NCBI GenBank assembly: GCA_025358085.1
Contig: JANYKT010000159.1
Coordinates: 1,484-65,483 of the forward strand
DNA: 64,000 nucleotides
Source of the DNA: Deltaproteobacteria bacterium
GTDB taxonomy: Bacteria; Myxococcota; Myxococcia; Myxococcales; 40CM-4-68-19
Direction: 5' to 3'
Shown here: piece by piece, positions 18,685 through 28,129 of the stretch
How the letters are laid out: every line of letters begins with the position of its first letter
Position numbering within the stretch: position 1 is the stretch's first letter
The notes under the pieces: model-generated
The model's input: only the letters and a program-made list of their open reading frames with translations
The model's database searches: none
Told to the model about the DNA's origin: nothing
Made by a program: the position numbers and the translations under genes

Positions 18685-19989
18685 TTGCAGATCGACATGC
18701 GCTACGGAAAATCGGCGCTGCGCGTCCACCTTCCGGACGAACTGGCGGTGAACCTCATCCGCAAGCCGCCGATGCCGGTGGCGAACGATCCGCGGAGGGC
18801 CGTCCTCGATGCGCTGGCTCACCCCGTCGCGGCACGGTCCGTTCGCGAGGAGGCCCGGGGGAAGACGAGCGCGTGCATCCTCATCTGCGACATCACCCGG
18901 CCGGTGCCCAATGGACTGTTGCTGCAGCCGATCATCCGCGAGCTGATCGAGGGTGGGATCGATCGCGCGCGGGTGACTGTGCTGGTCGCCACCGGACTGC
19001 ACCGGCCGAATATCGGTGCTGAGCTGGAGGAGCTGATCGGGGACCCGTGGGTGCTTCAGTCCGTGAGGGTCGTGAATCACGACGCGCGCAGCGACGCGGA
19101 TCACATGGACCTGGGGTTCACTTCCCACGGAACGCCAGTCAAGCTCGATCGCCGCTTCGTCGAGGCCGATCTCAAGATCGTCACCGGTCTGGTCGAGCCG
19201 CACTTCATGGCCGGCTATTCCGGAGGCCGCAAGGTGATCGCCCCCGGTATCGCGCACAAGGACACGATCACGACCTTCCACAGCGCGCGCTTCATGGCCG
19301 ACCCAAACGCGGAGAACTGCGTGCTCGAGGGAAATCCTCTTCACCGCGAGCAGCTCGAGATCGCGGCGATGCTCGGCCGCGTGCTCGCGGTGAATACCGT
19401 CATCGACGAGGACCGCCGCCTGTCATTCGTGAACTATGGCGAGGTCATCGAGAGCCACCTGCAGGCGGTGGCGTTCGTCGAAGGGTATGTCCGGGTCCCG
19501 GTTCCCCGGCGCTACCGGACCGTGCTGACCAGCGCCGCGGGATATCCGCTGGACAAGACCTATTACCAGACGGTCAAGGGAATGGTCTCGCCGATCGATG
19601 TCGTTGAACCCGGGGGTAACCTGATCATCGTTTCGGAATGTTCGGAGGGAATGGGGTCGCCCGAGTTCGTCGCGTCGCAGAGAAAGCTCCTCGCCCTCGG
19701 CTCCGATGGTTTTTTGCGAGACATCGAGAAGAAGCGGTTCGCCGGTGTCGATGAGTGGGAAACGCAGATGCAGCTCAAGGCGATGCGCTCCTGCCGCATC
19801 CAGCTCTATGCCGGCGGTCTCTCCCCCGCGGACCGCGAGCTGACTGGCGTTGGCGCGATCGACTCGGTGGAGGAAGCGGTGTTGGCGAGCGTTCGTGAGA
19901 CCGGTGACGCGAACGTCGCCGTCATTCCAGAAGGACCGTATGTCGTGCCGATGATTCGCTCCTCCGCGCAGCGGAGGGATCCGCGGTGA
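18685..19989 (+). CDS. larA: Nickel-pincer lactate racemase family protein (LarA)
   Basis: ICDITRPVPN, ATGLHRPN, VEPHFMAGYSGGRK, GYPLDKTYYQTVKGM. Confidence 0.88.
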   Translation: MQIDMRYGKSALRVHLPDELAVNLIRKPPMPVANDPRRAVLDALAHPVAARSVREEARGKTSACILICDITRPVPNGLLLQPIIRELIEGGIDRARVTVLVATGLHRPNIGAELEELIGDPWVLQSVRVVNHDARSDADHMDLGFTSHGTPVKLDRRFVEADLKIVTGLVEPHFMAGYSGGRKVIAPGIAHKDTITTFHSARFMADPNAENCVLEGNPLHREQLEIAAMLGRVLAVNTVIDEDRRLSFVNYGEVIESHLQAVAFVEGYVRVPVPRRYRTVLTSAAGYPLDKTYYQTVKGMVSPIDVVEPGGNLIIVSECSEGMGSPEFVASQRKLLALGSDGFLRDIEKKRFAGVDEWETQMQLKAMRSCRIQLYAGGLSPADRELTGVGAIDSVEEAVLASVRETGDANVAVIPEGPYVVPMIRSSAQRRDPR

Positions 19990-20100
19990 AGAAGGCGATG
20001 CAGGCCGTGCCTCAATTCACCGTCCGCACGGTGCCGGCTCCCGCCGTGGCCAAGGTGATCGCGGCATAGCCGTCCGCATGGGTTTCCAAGCGCTACGAAG

Positions 20101-21987
20101 TTGGCGCTCGAGGTGGCCGTGGCGAATCGCGCGAGAGGGCGCATCGGGTTCGTCGCCGGGGCACTGCTCGCGGGCGGTTCCGCCGCCATTGCCGGGGCCG
20201 TCGCCGGAGCGCTGCTCTCCGGCAACCTCGCCATGGCTGCCCCCGGCCGCCCCGGGCCCGACGCCTGCCTGGGCTGCCACTCCAGCGTCACGGGGCTCGA
20301 GCACGGCCACGACCCGGCGGTGATTGGCTGCTCCGCGTGTCACGGTGGGCGCCCGGGCGCGACGACCGCCGTCGAGGCACACAAAGGGCTCGTGCGCGTC
20401 CCCGGCAACCTCGCCGACCTGCCGCGGACGTGCGCTTCTTCGGAGTGCCACGCGCAGGAGGGCAAGCGCCTCGGCAACTCCCTGATGGCGACGATGGCCG
20501 GGGTGGTGGCCGTCGACCGCTGGGTGTTCGGCGAGGCGAGGCGCCCCGGAGGCGCAAACCCGGTCACCGCGCTTGGGCAATCGAAGGCCGACAACCACCT
20601 GCGAAATCTCTGCGCCTCGTGCCACCTCGGCAACCCGAAGGTCGATTGGGGCCCCATCGGGGAAATGTCGCGGGGCGGGGGCTGCCTTGCCTGCCACCTC
20701 GTCTACAGGCAGGACGCGGACAAAGCGCTCGCGAGCTACCGCGCCGCTCCCGCTGCAGGCTTTCGCGCGACGGTCCATCCAGCACTCTCTTCGCACGTCG
20801 ACGACACGCACTGCTTCGGCTGCCACTCGCGCAGCGGCCGCATCTCGCTGAACTACACCGGCTGGCGCGAAGCCTCCGCTGATGGCCTGCCGCCCGCTTC
20901 GACGCCAAAGCGCATTCTCGCGGACGGACGGACCGTCTATGCGGCGCCGGCCGACGTCCATTCCGAGGCGGGCATGAGTTGCGCCGACTGCCACACGCTG
21001 CGCGAGGTGATGGGCGACGGCGTGCGCCACGAGCACGAGGAACAACAATCGGTCGTGGCCTGCGACGACTGCCACCGGCGCGCAGGGGGGATCGGAGGAG
21101 CCAACTCCTCCGGCAACGGGCGAAGCCCGGGCGGAGCATCGATCGCGCTGCGTGGAAACGAGCGCTTCAGCGGGGTCTTGACGGTCGCGGACGGGCGCGA
21201 AGCGCTGCGGCATACGCTGGTGCGAGACGGAGCCGTGTTCGTCGTGCCGGCCGGCTCGAAGCGCGAGCTGCGGGTCCGGCCCCAAGCCGCCGCCTGCGCG
21301 AGAGGGCGAGCCCACGAGAACGTCGCGTGTACCGCGTGCCACGACGCCTGGGCTCCGACCTGCCTCAGCTGCCATACGACCTACGACCCCGGGGGGCGGA
21401 TGGTCGACTTGCTGTCCAACCGCGAGGCCCGCGGCGAGTGGCACGAATCGGGTGGCGCCATGCTCGCGGAGCCGGCTTCTCTCGGCGTGCGGGTCGGCCC
21501 GGGAGGCAAGCGGCGGGTGCAGGAGTTCGTGCCCGGGATGATCCTCACCATCGATCGCGGCGCCCACGAAGCGCCGCTCTTCCGACGGCTCTTCGCGCCG
21601 ACCTCTCCGCACACGATCCGCCGCGAAGCGCGCTCGTGCGCGGGGTGTCATTCGGACCCGGTCGCGCTCGGGTACGGCCGTGGCAAGCTCGACCTCCGCG
21701 TCACCGGCGGCGCGGCGCGCTGGACGTTCGCGCCCGCGCGGCCCCGGGTGGAGGCGGACGGACTTCCCGAGGACGCCTGGCTGGGCTTTCTCGGCGCGCG
21801 CGGCGTGGAGGCGACGACCCGGGAAGACGCGCGACCCTTCACTCCCGAAGAGCAGCGACGCGTGCTGACCGTTGGAGCGTGCCTGTCCTGTCACGACGGT
21901 GCCAGCGGGGTGATGCTCGCGGCGCAGGAAGACTTCGCGGCAACGCTGGCGCGGCGCTCGAGCCGGTGCGTGGTCCCGACTTTCTAG
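20101..21987 (+). CDS. Multiheme c-type cytochrome (11 CxxCH + 1 CX4CH)
   Basis: CLGCH, CSACH, CASSECH, CASCH, CLACH, CFGCH, CADCH, CDDCH, CTACH, CLSCH, CAGCH, CLSCH; hydrophobic N-terminus; start uncertain. Confidence 0.9.
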   Translation: MALEVAVANRARGRIGFVAGALLAGGSAAIAGAVAGALLSGNLAMAAPGRPGPDACLGCHSSVTGLEHGHDPAVIGCSACHGGRPGATTAVEAHKGLVRVPGNLADLPRTCASSECHAQEGKRLGNSLMATMAGVVAVDRWVFGEARRPGGANPVTALGQSKADNHLRNLCASCHLGNPKVDWGPIGEMSRGGGCLACHLVYRQDADKALASYRAAPAAGFRATVHPALSSHVDDTHCFGCHSRSGRISLNYTGWREASADGLPPASTPKRILADGRTVYAAPADVHSEAGMSCADCHTLREVMGDGVRHEHEEQQSVVACDDCHRRAGGIGGANSSGNGRSPGGASIALRGNERFSGVLTVADGREALRHTLVRDGAVFVVPAGSKRELRVRPQAAACARGRAHENVACTACHDAWAPTCLSCHTTYDPGGRMVDLLSNREARGEWHESGGAMLAEPASLGVRVGPGGKRRVQEFVPGMILTIDRGAHEAPLFRRLFAPTSPHTIRREARSCAGCHSDPVALGYGRGKLDLRVTGGAARWTFAPARPRVEADGLPEDAWLGFLGARGVEATTREDARPFTPEEQRRVLTVGACLSCHDGASGVMLAAQEDFAATLARRSSRCVVPTF

Positions 21988-22234
21988 CATCATCCGACAG
22001 CCTCTCCAGATGCGCTCGCAGCCGAGGCCCGGCGCTCGTGCGGCGAGGAATTGCATTTGCTCCAAGTTCAGCCTCTCCTGGATGGCGGCCAAACAGGTCG
22101 ATGCGCTCAAGGGAATCCAGAAGCTCGTCAAGGACGTGCTCGCCGACATGAAGCAAAGAACGAGGCGTCTCCCTGAACCGGCGGATCAGCGCCAAGCTTG
22201 CAGCCGGCTGAGCGCCGGGGCGCGGACGAAGCGG

Positions 22235-23560
22235 TCAGCATCCCTCCTTCTTCTTCGCCCCCGAAGCCGACGGAGCGGCCGGTGCAACTGGCGCAGGTGG
22301 CGTAACGACTTGCGGCGGCGGCGTTGCGATTTGCCGGGGCGACGCAACCTGCGTCGGCGCGACTTGAGCGGCGGGCGACACCCCGGGCGTCAGGCCCAGC
22401 GCCGCCGCCGCCAGGGGAATTCGCGCAGCCCCGCCAAAGTGCGCCGCGATCGCGCGCTCGCGCTCCGCCTCGAGACGCGCGACCTCGTCCTTTGGCTCGG
22501 GCAAGGTGGGCGACAGCACCTGCTCGCGCCATCCCGCATAGCCGCCGGCGAGCGTGGACACGCGCGGGAAGCCGCGCGCCTTGAGATAGAGCCACGCCTG
22601 CGCAGCACGCTCGCCGTCTTCGCTGTAGAGGAGGACGGGCTCGGTCGGCGTCCAGAGGGCGGCCGGCAGCGCGGTCATCGACACATTCTCGGCGCCGGGA
22701 ATGTGGTCTTTCAAGTAGGCCTCGGGAGACCGCAGGTCGATCAGCCGGTATTCATTGGTGCCTGCGATCAGGCGATCGGCGAGAGTGGCAGGCGAGACGT
22801 GGTCCGCGCCGGTGGCCGCCGTGCGACCGAGAGCGTTCCCGTCCAACGTGACCCGCGGGCCTCGGTAGGGCGAACCCGCGAGCGCGGCGACAAAGGCGAG
22901 GCCCAGGAGTCCGAGGAACAGGCCCCAGGTGCGCGTCAGCTTGTGCACCCCGAACAACGACTGCTCCGCGAGGGCGCGTCCGCCGCTCTTCACCTCGCCC
23001 CACTCCGCGGCGACGAAGGCAACGATGGCCATCACCACGACCAGTGCGACGATGACGCCGTACGGGATCCCGGAAAGCCCGGGAAGCGTCGCCGGCCCGA
23101 GTGCGTTGGCGTTTACCCAGCCTTCGAGCGACGGCCAGGCGAAGCCGACCGCGCCCATGCCGGAGACCATGCCCATGAGGTACACCATCGCGTCGATGCG
23201 GCCGGTCGCCGCCGCGACGACCGAGGTTCCGGGGCAGTAGCCGCCGATGACGAACCCGATGCCCAGGAGCAATCCCCCCACCATGTTCGCCAGGGGCCTG
23301 GTCGGGACGAGGTAGACGAGAGAGAGGTCGAGGAACCCGACGCGCGAGAGCCAGTAGACGCCGACCATGGCGGTGATGATGCCGGTGAACATGACCTTCA
23401 GCACCGCCATGTCCTTGAAGTAGAACTGCGCGGCGAGCTTGCGTCCGCTGCCGAAGCCGCCGCGCTCGAGGAAGAAGCCGAAGGCAATGCCGATGGCGAA
23501 CGCCACCACGAGCGAGGTGTCGTCGCCGAAGAGGCCGTACTTGAAGAAGGGGGCATTCAT
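22235..23560 (-). CDS. YeeE/YedE thiosulfate-transporter domain fused to a rhodanese-like domain
   Basis: GIAFGFFLERGGF, GYCPGTS, then LIDLRSPEAYLKDHIPGAENV...LAGGYAGW; Pro/Ala tail ending KKKEGC. Confidence 0.88.
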   Translation of the reverse strand: MNAPFFKYGLFGDDTSLVVAFAIGIAFGFFLERGGFGSGRKLAAQFYFKDMAVLKVMFTGIITAMVGVYWLSRVGFLDLSLVYLVPTRPLANMVGGLLLGIGFVIGGYCPGTSVVAAATGRIDAMVYLMGMVSGMGAVGFAWPSLEGWVNANALGPATLPGLSGIPYGVIVALVVVMAIVAFVAAEWGEVKSGGRALAEQSLFGVHKLTRTWGLFLGLLGLAFVAALAGSPYRGPRVTLDGNALGRTAATGADHVSPATLADRLIAGTNEYRLIDLRSPEAYLKDHIPGAENVSMTALPAALWTPTEPVLLYSEDGERAAQAWLYLKARGFPRVSTLAGGYAGWREQVLSPTLPEPKDEVARLEAERERAIAAHFGGAARIPLAAAALGLTPGVSPAAQVAPTQVASPRQIATPPPQVVTPPAPVAPAAPSASGAKKKEGC

Positions 23561-23570
23561 GGCGAGCCTC

Positions 23571-24092
23571 TCAGGTCCACTGCTTGCGGACGAAATAGGC
23601 GATGCCGTAGGCGCCGGCGAACATCGTGCCCATGAAGAGCCAGCTCCCGGCGTTGAGCAGCGCGCCGCCGGTGAGACCCTGGCCACTGGTGCAGCCGCCG
23701 GCGATCTTCGCGCCGAAGGCCATGATCGCGCCGCCGCCAAAGGCGAAGACAAGGCGCTTGGCGTTCGTCCACCGCGGCCCGTGCTCGATGGTGAGGCGGG
23801 TCCGATTCGCCAGCAGGCCAGAGACGAGCCCGCCGAGGAAGACCCCCATGACCTCGAAGACGAGCCACTCCTTGAACGGGTTCCCGGTCGCGTAGTCGGC
23901 GAAGTAGGCGTGGTGCTTCGCGAACTCGGGCGCGACGGCGGAGACGCCCGCGCCGGCGAACGCCGCGAACGCGCTCGACGCGCCCAGCCCGCGGCCCATG
24001 AAGACGAAGGCGGCCAGGAGCGCGAGCCCGACGCCGAATCCGGCCAGGTAGGGATTCCAGTACGGCTGCGGTGCGTGGGTATTGTTCGACAT
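23571..24092 (-). CDS. YeeE/YedE family thiosulfate transporter subunit
   Basis: YWNPYLAG, GRGLGAS, GAKIAGGCTSGQGLTG. Confidence 0.9.
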   Translation of the reverse strand: MSNNTHAPQPYWNPYLAGFGVGLALLAAFVFMGRGLGASSAFAAFAGAGVSAVAPEFAKHHAYFADYATGNPFKEWLVFEVMGVFLGGLVSGLLANRTRLTIEHGPRWTNAKRLVFAFGGGAIMAFGAKIAGGCTSGQGLTGGALLNAGSWLFMGTMFAGAYGIAYFVRKQWT

Positions 24093-24103
24093 GGAAGGTC
24101 CTT

Positions 24104-25117
24104 TCACCAATGGCTGCCTTGGCCGGCCCCGACGACGATGAAGCGCAGGAAGAAGCCGCCGAACAGCACCAGGAGCGGTGGGATCACCGTGTGTCGTATC
24201 CGTCCGATGAACTCGAAGTGTTGCAACACGAGCGGGGCGACGAGCCCGGTCAGCACCACGAGCGACCAGAACTGGGGCGCCCACGCGCCCGACAACAGCA
24301 GCGCCGCGGCGGCCCGGTGCGCGGTCGTGGAGGTGAGGAGGCCAATCATCCAGAGCCCGATCAACGCCAGCTCGATGGTCATGAACGACTGGTCGTAGCG
24401 GACCATCGAGCTCTTTCCGGTGTCCTTGTTCAGCAGGCGGACCAGACCCGACAGGAGAAGGTCGCCGAAGCTGTCCTGCTTCGCGTTCGCCCCGACCATC
24501 GACAGGAGGTGGAGCACCGCCGCCGCGGTGGACATGCCGCTGATGAGAAAGAGCGGCCCGAGGATGGCGCTGTTCCACAGCGGCCGCGCGCCGAGCGTCC
24601 CGAGGAGGACGCCGGTGTAAAGGCCCAGCGCCGCGCCGCCGGCGAGGTTGGCAATGCCGATCCCCTGCACCAGACGCGGGCGCGCGTGGACCCACTCGGA
24701 CCAGGCGCGCACGCGCGCGAGCGGCGCGTTGCCGAACGGGACCCGCTCGGGCGGGTACAGAAGCGCGGCCGCCAGCATCGCCGGGTAGACGAGGAGCAGG
24801 ATCCACGCGCCCCAGGACATGGGCGAGGTCGGCTGGAAGGTCAGGTACAGCCGCCCTACGGAGAGCTTATGGCCGAGGTCGAGGAACAAGGCACCCATGC
24901 CGAGCGACAGCAGCAGAACGCCGAGCAGCGGCCCCCACGGGTAGCTCTCGCCGGCCTGCCGGCGCGGGCTCTTCAGCACCCGGTAGCCGCCGAGGATGAG
25001 CGATCCCGCGACGAGGCCGCCGAGGAACAGGTAGACCGCGATCTCCCAGCCCCAGGCGTTGAGGAGCGGGTCGATTCCGGGGTTGTGCCGATTGCTGGTG
25101 AGCTCGAGCACGGTCAT
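24104..25117 (-). CDS. psrC: Polysulfide/thiosulfate reductase membrane subunit (NrfD/PsrC family)
   Basis: WGWEIAVYLFLGGL, LFLDLG, SPMSWGAWIL, YTGVLLG...RPLWNS; multiple TM segments. Confidence 0.88.
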   Translation of the reverse strand: MTVLELTSNRHNPGIDPLLNAWGWEIAVYLFLGGLVAGSLILGGYRVLKSPRRQAGESYPWGPLLGVLLLSLGMGALFLDLGHKLSVGRLYLTFQPTSPMSWGAWILLLVYPAMLAAALLYPPERVPFGNAPLARVRAWSEWVHARPRLVQGIGIANLAGGAALGLYTGVLLGTLGARPLWNSAILGPLFLISGMSTAAAVLHLLSMVGANAKQDSFGDLLLSGLVRLLNKDTGKSSMVRYDQSFMTIELALIGLWMIGLLTSTTAHRAAAALLLSGAWAPQFWSLVVLTGLVAPLVLQHFEFIGRIRHTVIPPLLVLFGGFFLRFIVVGAGQGSHW

Positions 25118-25662
25118 TACCGGCCTCGCGTCAGGTAGAACACGTTGGGTTGCGTCCCCGCCTCGGGGGTGAGGACGTGGTACGGCCTGGAGCGCACGAG
25201 CTGCGTGACCTCACTCTCGGGATCGTCGAGATCGCCGAAGTGCATGCAGTGGGTCGGGCACACCGCCACGCACGCCGGCAGCAGCCCCTTCTCGACCCGG
25301 TGGATGCAGAAGGTGCACTTGTCGGCGTAGCCGTCCGGGTGCGAAAAGCGCGCGTCATAGGGGCACGCTTCGATGCACGCCTTGCAGCCGATGCACTTCC
25401 CGTGATCGACGAGCACCACGCCGCCTTCGTGCACGTGGCTCGCGCCGGTGGGGCAGCAGCTGACGCAGGGCGGGCTCGAGCAGTGGTTGCACCGCGACGA
25501 GTGGATGGTCAGCTGCACGGTGGGGAAGGTTCCGCGAACCTCTTCCTCGATCCAGTCGCGGCAGAAGCCTTCGGGGACATCGTTCTCGGTCTTGCACGCG
25601 ACCACGCAGTCGGAGCAGCCGACGCAGAGTGCGGTGTCGATGACCATTGCGAAGCGTGCCAT
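25117..25662 (-). CDS. psrB: 4Fe-4S dicluster electron-transfer subunit (PsrB/PhsB/NrfC)
   Basis: CVGCSDCVVAC, CNHCSSPPCVSCCP, CIGCKACIEACP, KCTFC...CVAVCP. Confidence 0.92.
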   Translation of the reverse strand: MARFAMVIDTALCVGCSDCVVACKTENDVPEGFCRDWIEEEVRGTFPTVQLTIHSSRCNHCSSPPCVSCCPTGASHVHEGGVVLVDHGKCIGCKACIEACPYDARFSHPDGYADKCTFCIHRVEKGLLPACVAVCPTHCMHFGDLDDPESEVTQLVRSRPYHVLTPEAGTQPNVFYLTRGR

Positions 25663-25670
25663 GGCGGGCC

Positions 25671-27881
25671 TCAGACCGGGACGACGGAAACGAAGTTGTC
25701 GTTGAGGCCGGTGCCGCCCATCAACGGATCGACCTTGATGCGGGTCAGAAGCTGCACGTCGCTCGCCCCTTTGTGGAAGGCGCGCGTCAGACCCTTCGCG
25801 GTGTGGCCGAAGCCGTGGACCATGAAGACACAGTCGGCGCGGATACGCTCGGTGGCTTTGAGCAGGATAGGTAGGCTCTCGATGCCCTCCTGGTTGCGCA
25901 GCTTCACCCGATCGCCCGAGCGCAGGCCGAGGCGGCTGGCCTCGCCGGCGTTCAGCCACAGCTCGTTCTCCGGCATCACGTCGTGCAGGATCGGATTGGT
26001 CTGGGTGCGGCCGAACGAGTGCACCGGCGCGCGGCCGAAGAGCAGCCGGTACGCGCCCGAAGGACACGGCTCGGGCGGCTCGTAGCGCGGCACCGGATCG
26101 AAGCCCTTCACGCCGGGATGCGCGTCGGCGTGCTGCTGGAGCTGGCTCGACCAGAACTCGATCTTCTTCGACGGCGTCGCGAACTCCGCCGGCGCGCCGT
26201 CCTCGAAGTAGATTGGCTGCTTCTTGCCGAGGACGATGCCGTCGCGCTTCAAGTCGGCGAGGTGGTAGCCGCGCTTCTCGAGGCGCGTCGAGAGGTACTC
26301 CTCGATGTCCTTCCAGGGATAGTAGCGCGCGAGCCCGAGCTTCAGTGCGAGCTCGCGCGCGATCCACCAGTTGGGTTTCTGGTCGTCGGGTGACTCCACC
26401 ACGGGCTGGCGAAGGCCGATGAAGGGTTCGCGGAACAGCTCGACATTGAGATCGTCGTACCGTTCGAGATAGGTGCTCTCCGGCAAAACGATATCAGCCC
26501 AGCCGGCGGTCTCGGACGGAATCACGTCCACCACCGCGAGCAGGTCGAGTTCCTGGATGGCCGCGAGCGTCAGACGCTCGTCGGGCAGCGCCCGCACCAG
26601 GTTGGTCGCGTAGACCATCCAGCCCTTGATTGGGTAGGGCTTGCCGGTGATGGTTGCTTCGCGGATTCCGGTGGTGAGTGCCTCGTAAGCGAAGGGATGG
26701 CGCTGGTCGGGGTTGTCGACCTTGGCCTTGGTCGACTTGGGATAAGGCGGGTACGGGTAACCCGGCAGATCCATCTGGGCCGGGACATAGAAGCCGCCGC
26801 GGCGCCCCCACGAACCGAGCAGCGCGTTGAGCAGCGCGACCGCGCGCGACCGCTGGGTGTCGTGGCCGTACCAGTTGGAGTGCCGCCCGGGGTGCACGAG
26901 CGTCGCCGGACGATGGCGCGCCATCTCGCGCGCGGTCTCGCGGATGATCTCCGGCGCGATGCAGGTCTCGGGATAGGCCCACTCGGGCGTGAACTCCGCC
27001 AGCGAAGCGGCGAAGGGCTCGAAACCGTAGCCGTACTTGCCAACGTACTCGGCGTCGTACAGCTTCTCGGTCACCAGCACGTTCATCCAGGCGAGCAGGA
27101 GCGCGGTGTCGGTGCCGGGCCGGATGGGCAGGTAATGCTTTGCCTTGCTGGCGGCGACCGAGAAGCGTGGATCGACCACGATGATGGTCGCGCCGCTCCC
27201 GACCGCCTGCGCGAACTCCTGCACCTGGGTGTTGTGCATGTTCTCGCCGAGGTGCGAGCCAATCAGCACCAGGCAGCGCGCGTTGGCGATGTCGGTGCGC
27301 TCGGGCGAGCCGGGGTCGTCACCAAAGGTCAGCCGAAAGCCGACGTCGCGCGGACCGCGGCATTGCGCGAACGACGGAGCCGCGATGTTGGTGGTGCCAT
27401 ACGCCTTCAGCGTGTGCTTGAGGAAGTTCCCGCCGAGGCCGTGAGAGAACATCGCCATCGACTCGGGCCCGTGCGCAGCTTTGATCGCCTCGAGCTTCAG
27501 GGCGAGGTAACCGAGCGCGTCGTCCCACGAGACGGCGTTCCATTTCTCTTCGCCGCGAACCCTGGCGCGCAAGAGCGGCCGGCGCAGGCGATCGGGATCA
27601 AAAGTCGCGCCGACGCCGCCGGTGCCGCGGGGACACAGCCGGCCGCGGCTGAGCGGGTCGAGCGGGTTGCCTTCGATCTTCCACAGCTTGCCGTCCCGGA
27701 GGGTCGCGACCGCGCCGCATTTCCAGAAGCACAGATCGCAAAACGTCGGGATGGTACGGAGGCCGCTCTTGGCGAGGGTGGCCGCGCGCGCGCGCTCGCC
27801 GCCGAGGATTGAAGTGAGGCCGGCCGCCGCGAGCGCGCCCGCTCCAATGCCGAGAAACTGCCGCCGGTTCATTGGTACCAT
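25671..27881 (-). CDS. psrA: Tat-exported molybdopterin oxidoreductase, polysulfide/thiosulfate reductase subunit A
   Basis: NRRQFL Tat motif; CDLCFWKC...GRLCPRG; SFAQCRGPR (Cys ligand region); DIVLPESTYLER; HSFGRTQTN. Alternative start at 27872. Confidence 0.9.
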   Translation of the reverse strand: MVPMNRRQFLGIGAGALAAAGLTSILGGERARAATLAKSGLRTIPTFCDLCFWKCGAVATLRDGKLWKIEGNPLDPLSRGRLCPRGTGGVGATFDPDRLRRPLLRARVRGEEKWNAVSWDDALGYLALKLEAIKAAHGPESMAMFSHGLGGNFLKHTLKAYGTTNIAAPSFAQCRGPRDVGFRLTFGDDPGSPERTDIANARCLVLIGSHLGENMHNTQVQEFAQAVGSGATIIVVDPRFSVAASKAKHYLPIRPGTDTALLLAWMNVLVTEKLYDAEYVGKYGYGFEPFAASLAEFTPEWAYPETCIAPEIIRETAREMARHRPATLVHPGRHSNWYGHDTQRSRAVALLNALLGSWGRRGGFYVPAQMDLPGYPYPPYPKSTKAKVDNPDQRHPFAYEALTTGIREATITGKPYPIKGWMVYATNLVRALPDERLTLAAIQELDLLAVVDVIPSETAGWADIVLPESTYLERYDDLNVELFREPFIGLRQPVVESPDDQKPNWWIARELALKLGLARYYPWKDIEEYLSTRLEKRGYHLADLKRDGIVLGKKQPIYFEDGAPAEFATPSKKIEFWSSQLQQHADAHPGVKGFDPVPRYEPPEPCPSGAYRLLFGRAPVHSFGRTQTNPILHDVMPENELWLNAGEASRLGLRSGDRVKLRNQEGIESLPILLKATERIRADCVFMVHGFGHTAKGLTRAFHKGASDVQLLTRIKVDPLMGGTGLNDNFVSVVPV

Positions 27882-27932
27882 CTCAGGGCCCCACGCAGGC
27901 GTAGCTGCATCGAAGAATGTGATGGATTAGGT

Positions 27933-27948
27933 TGCAAGGCGCGTACCG
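27933..27948 (-). promoter_or_regulatory. Sigma-54 (-24/-12) promoter for the psr operon
   Basis: Minus strand CGGTACGCGCCTTGCA matches TGGCACG-N4-TTGCA with correct GG-N10-GC spacing, ~50 bp before psrA. Confidence 0.65.
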
Positions 27949-28129
27949 ACTTTCTGCCGTCGCTCGACCAAAGCATTGGAACGCAATGGATGCAGCGGGG
28001 CTTGCTGCGCGCGCAGGAATTGCCGGCGCACGGCCGGCAGTCGATCGAGTGAATGCTCGGGCCGGGATGAAGGCGTGCTTGCGCATACGCGTTGAGAGCC
28101 AACCGCGCTCCGAATGGTTCCGCTTGCTG

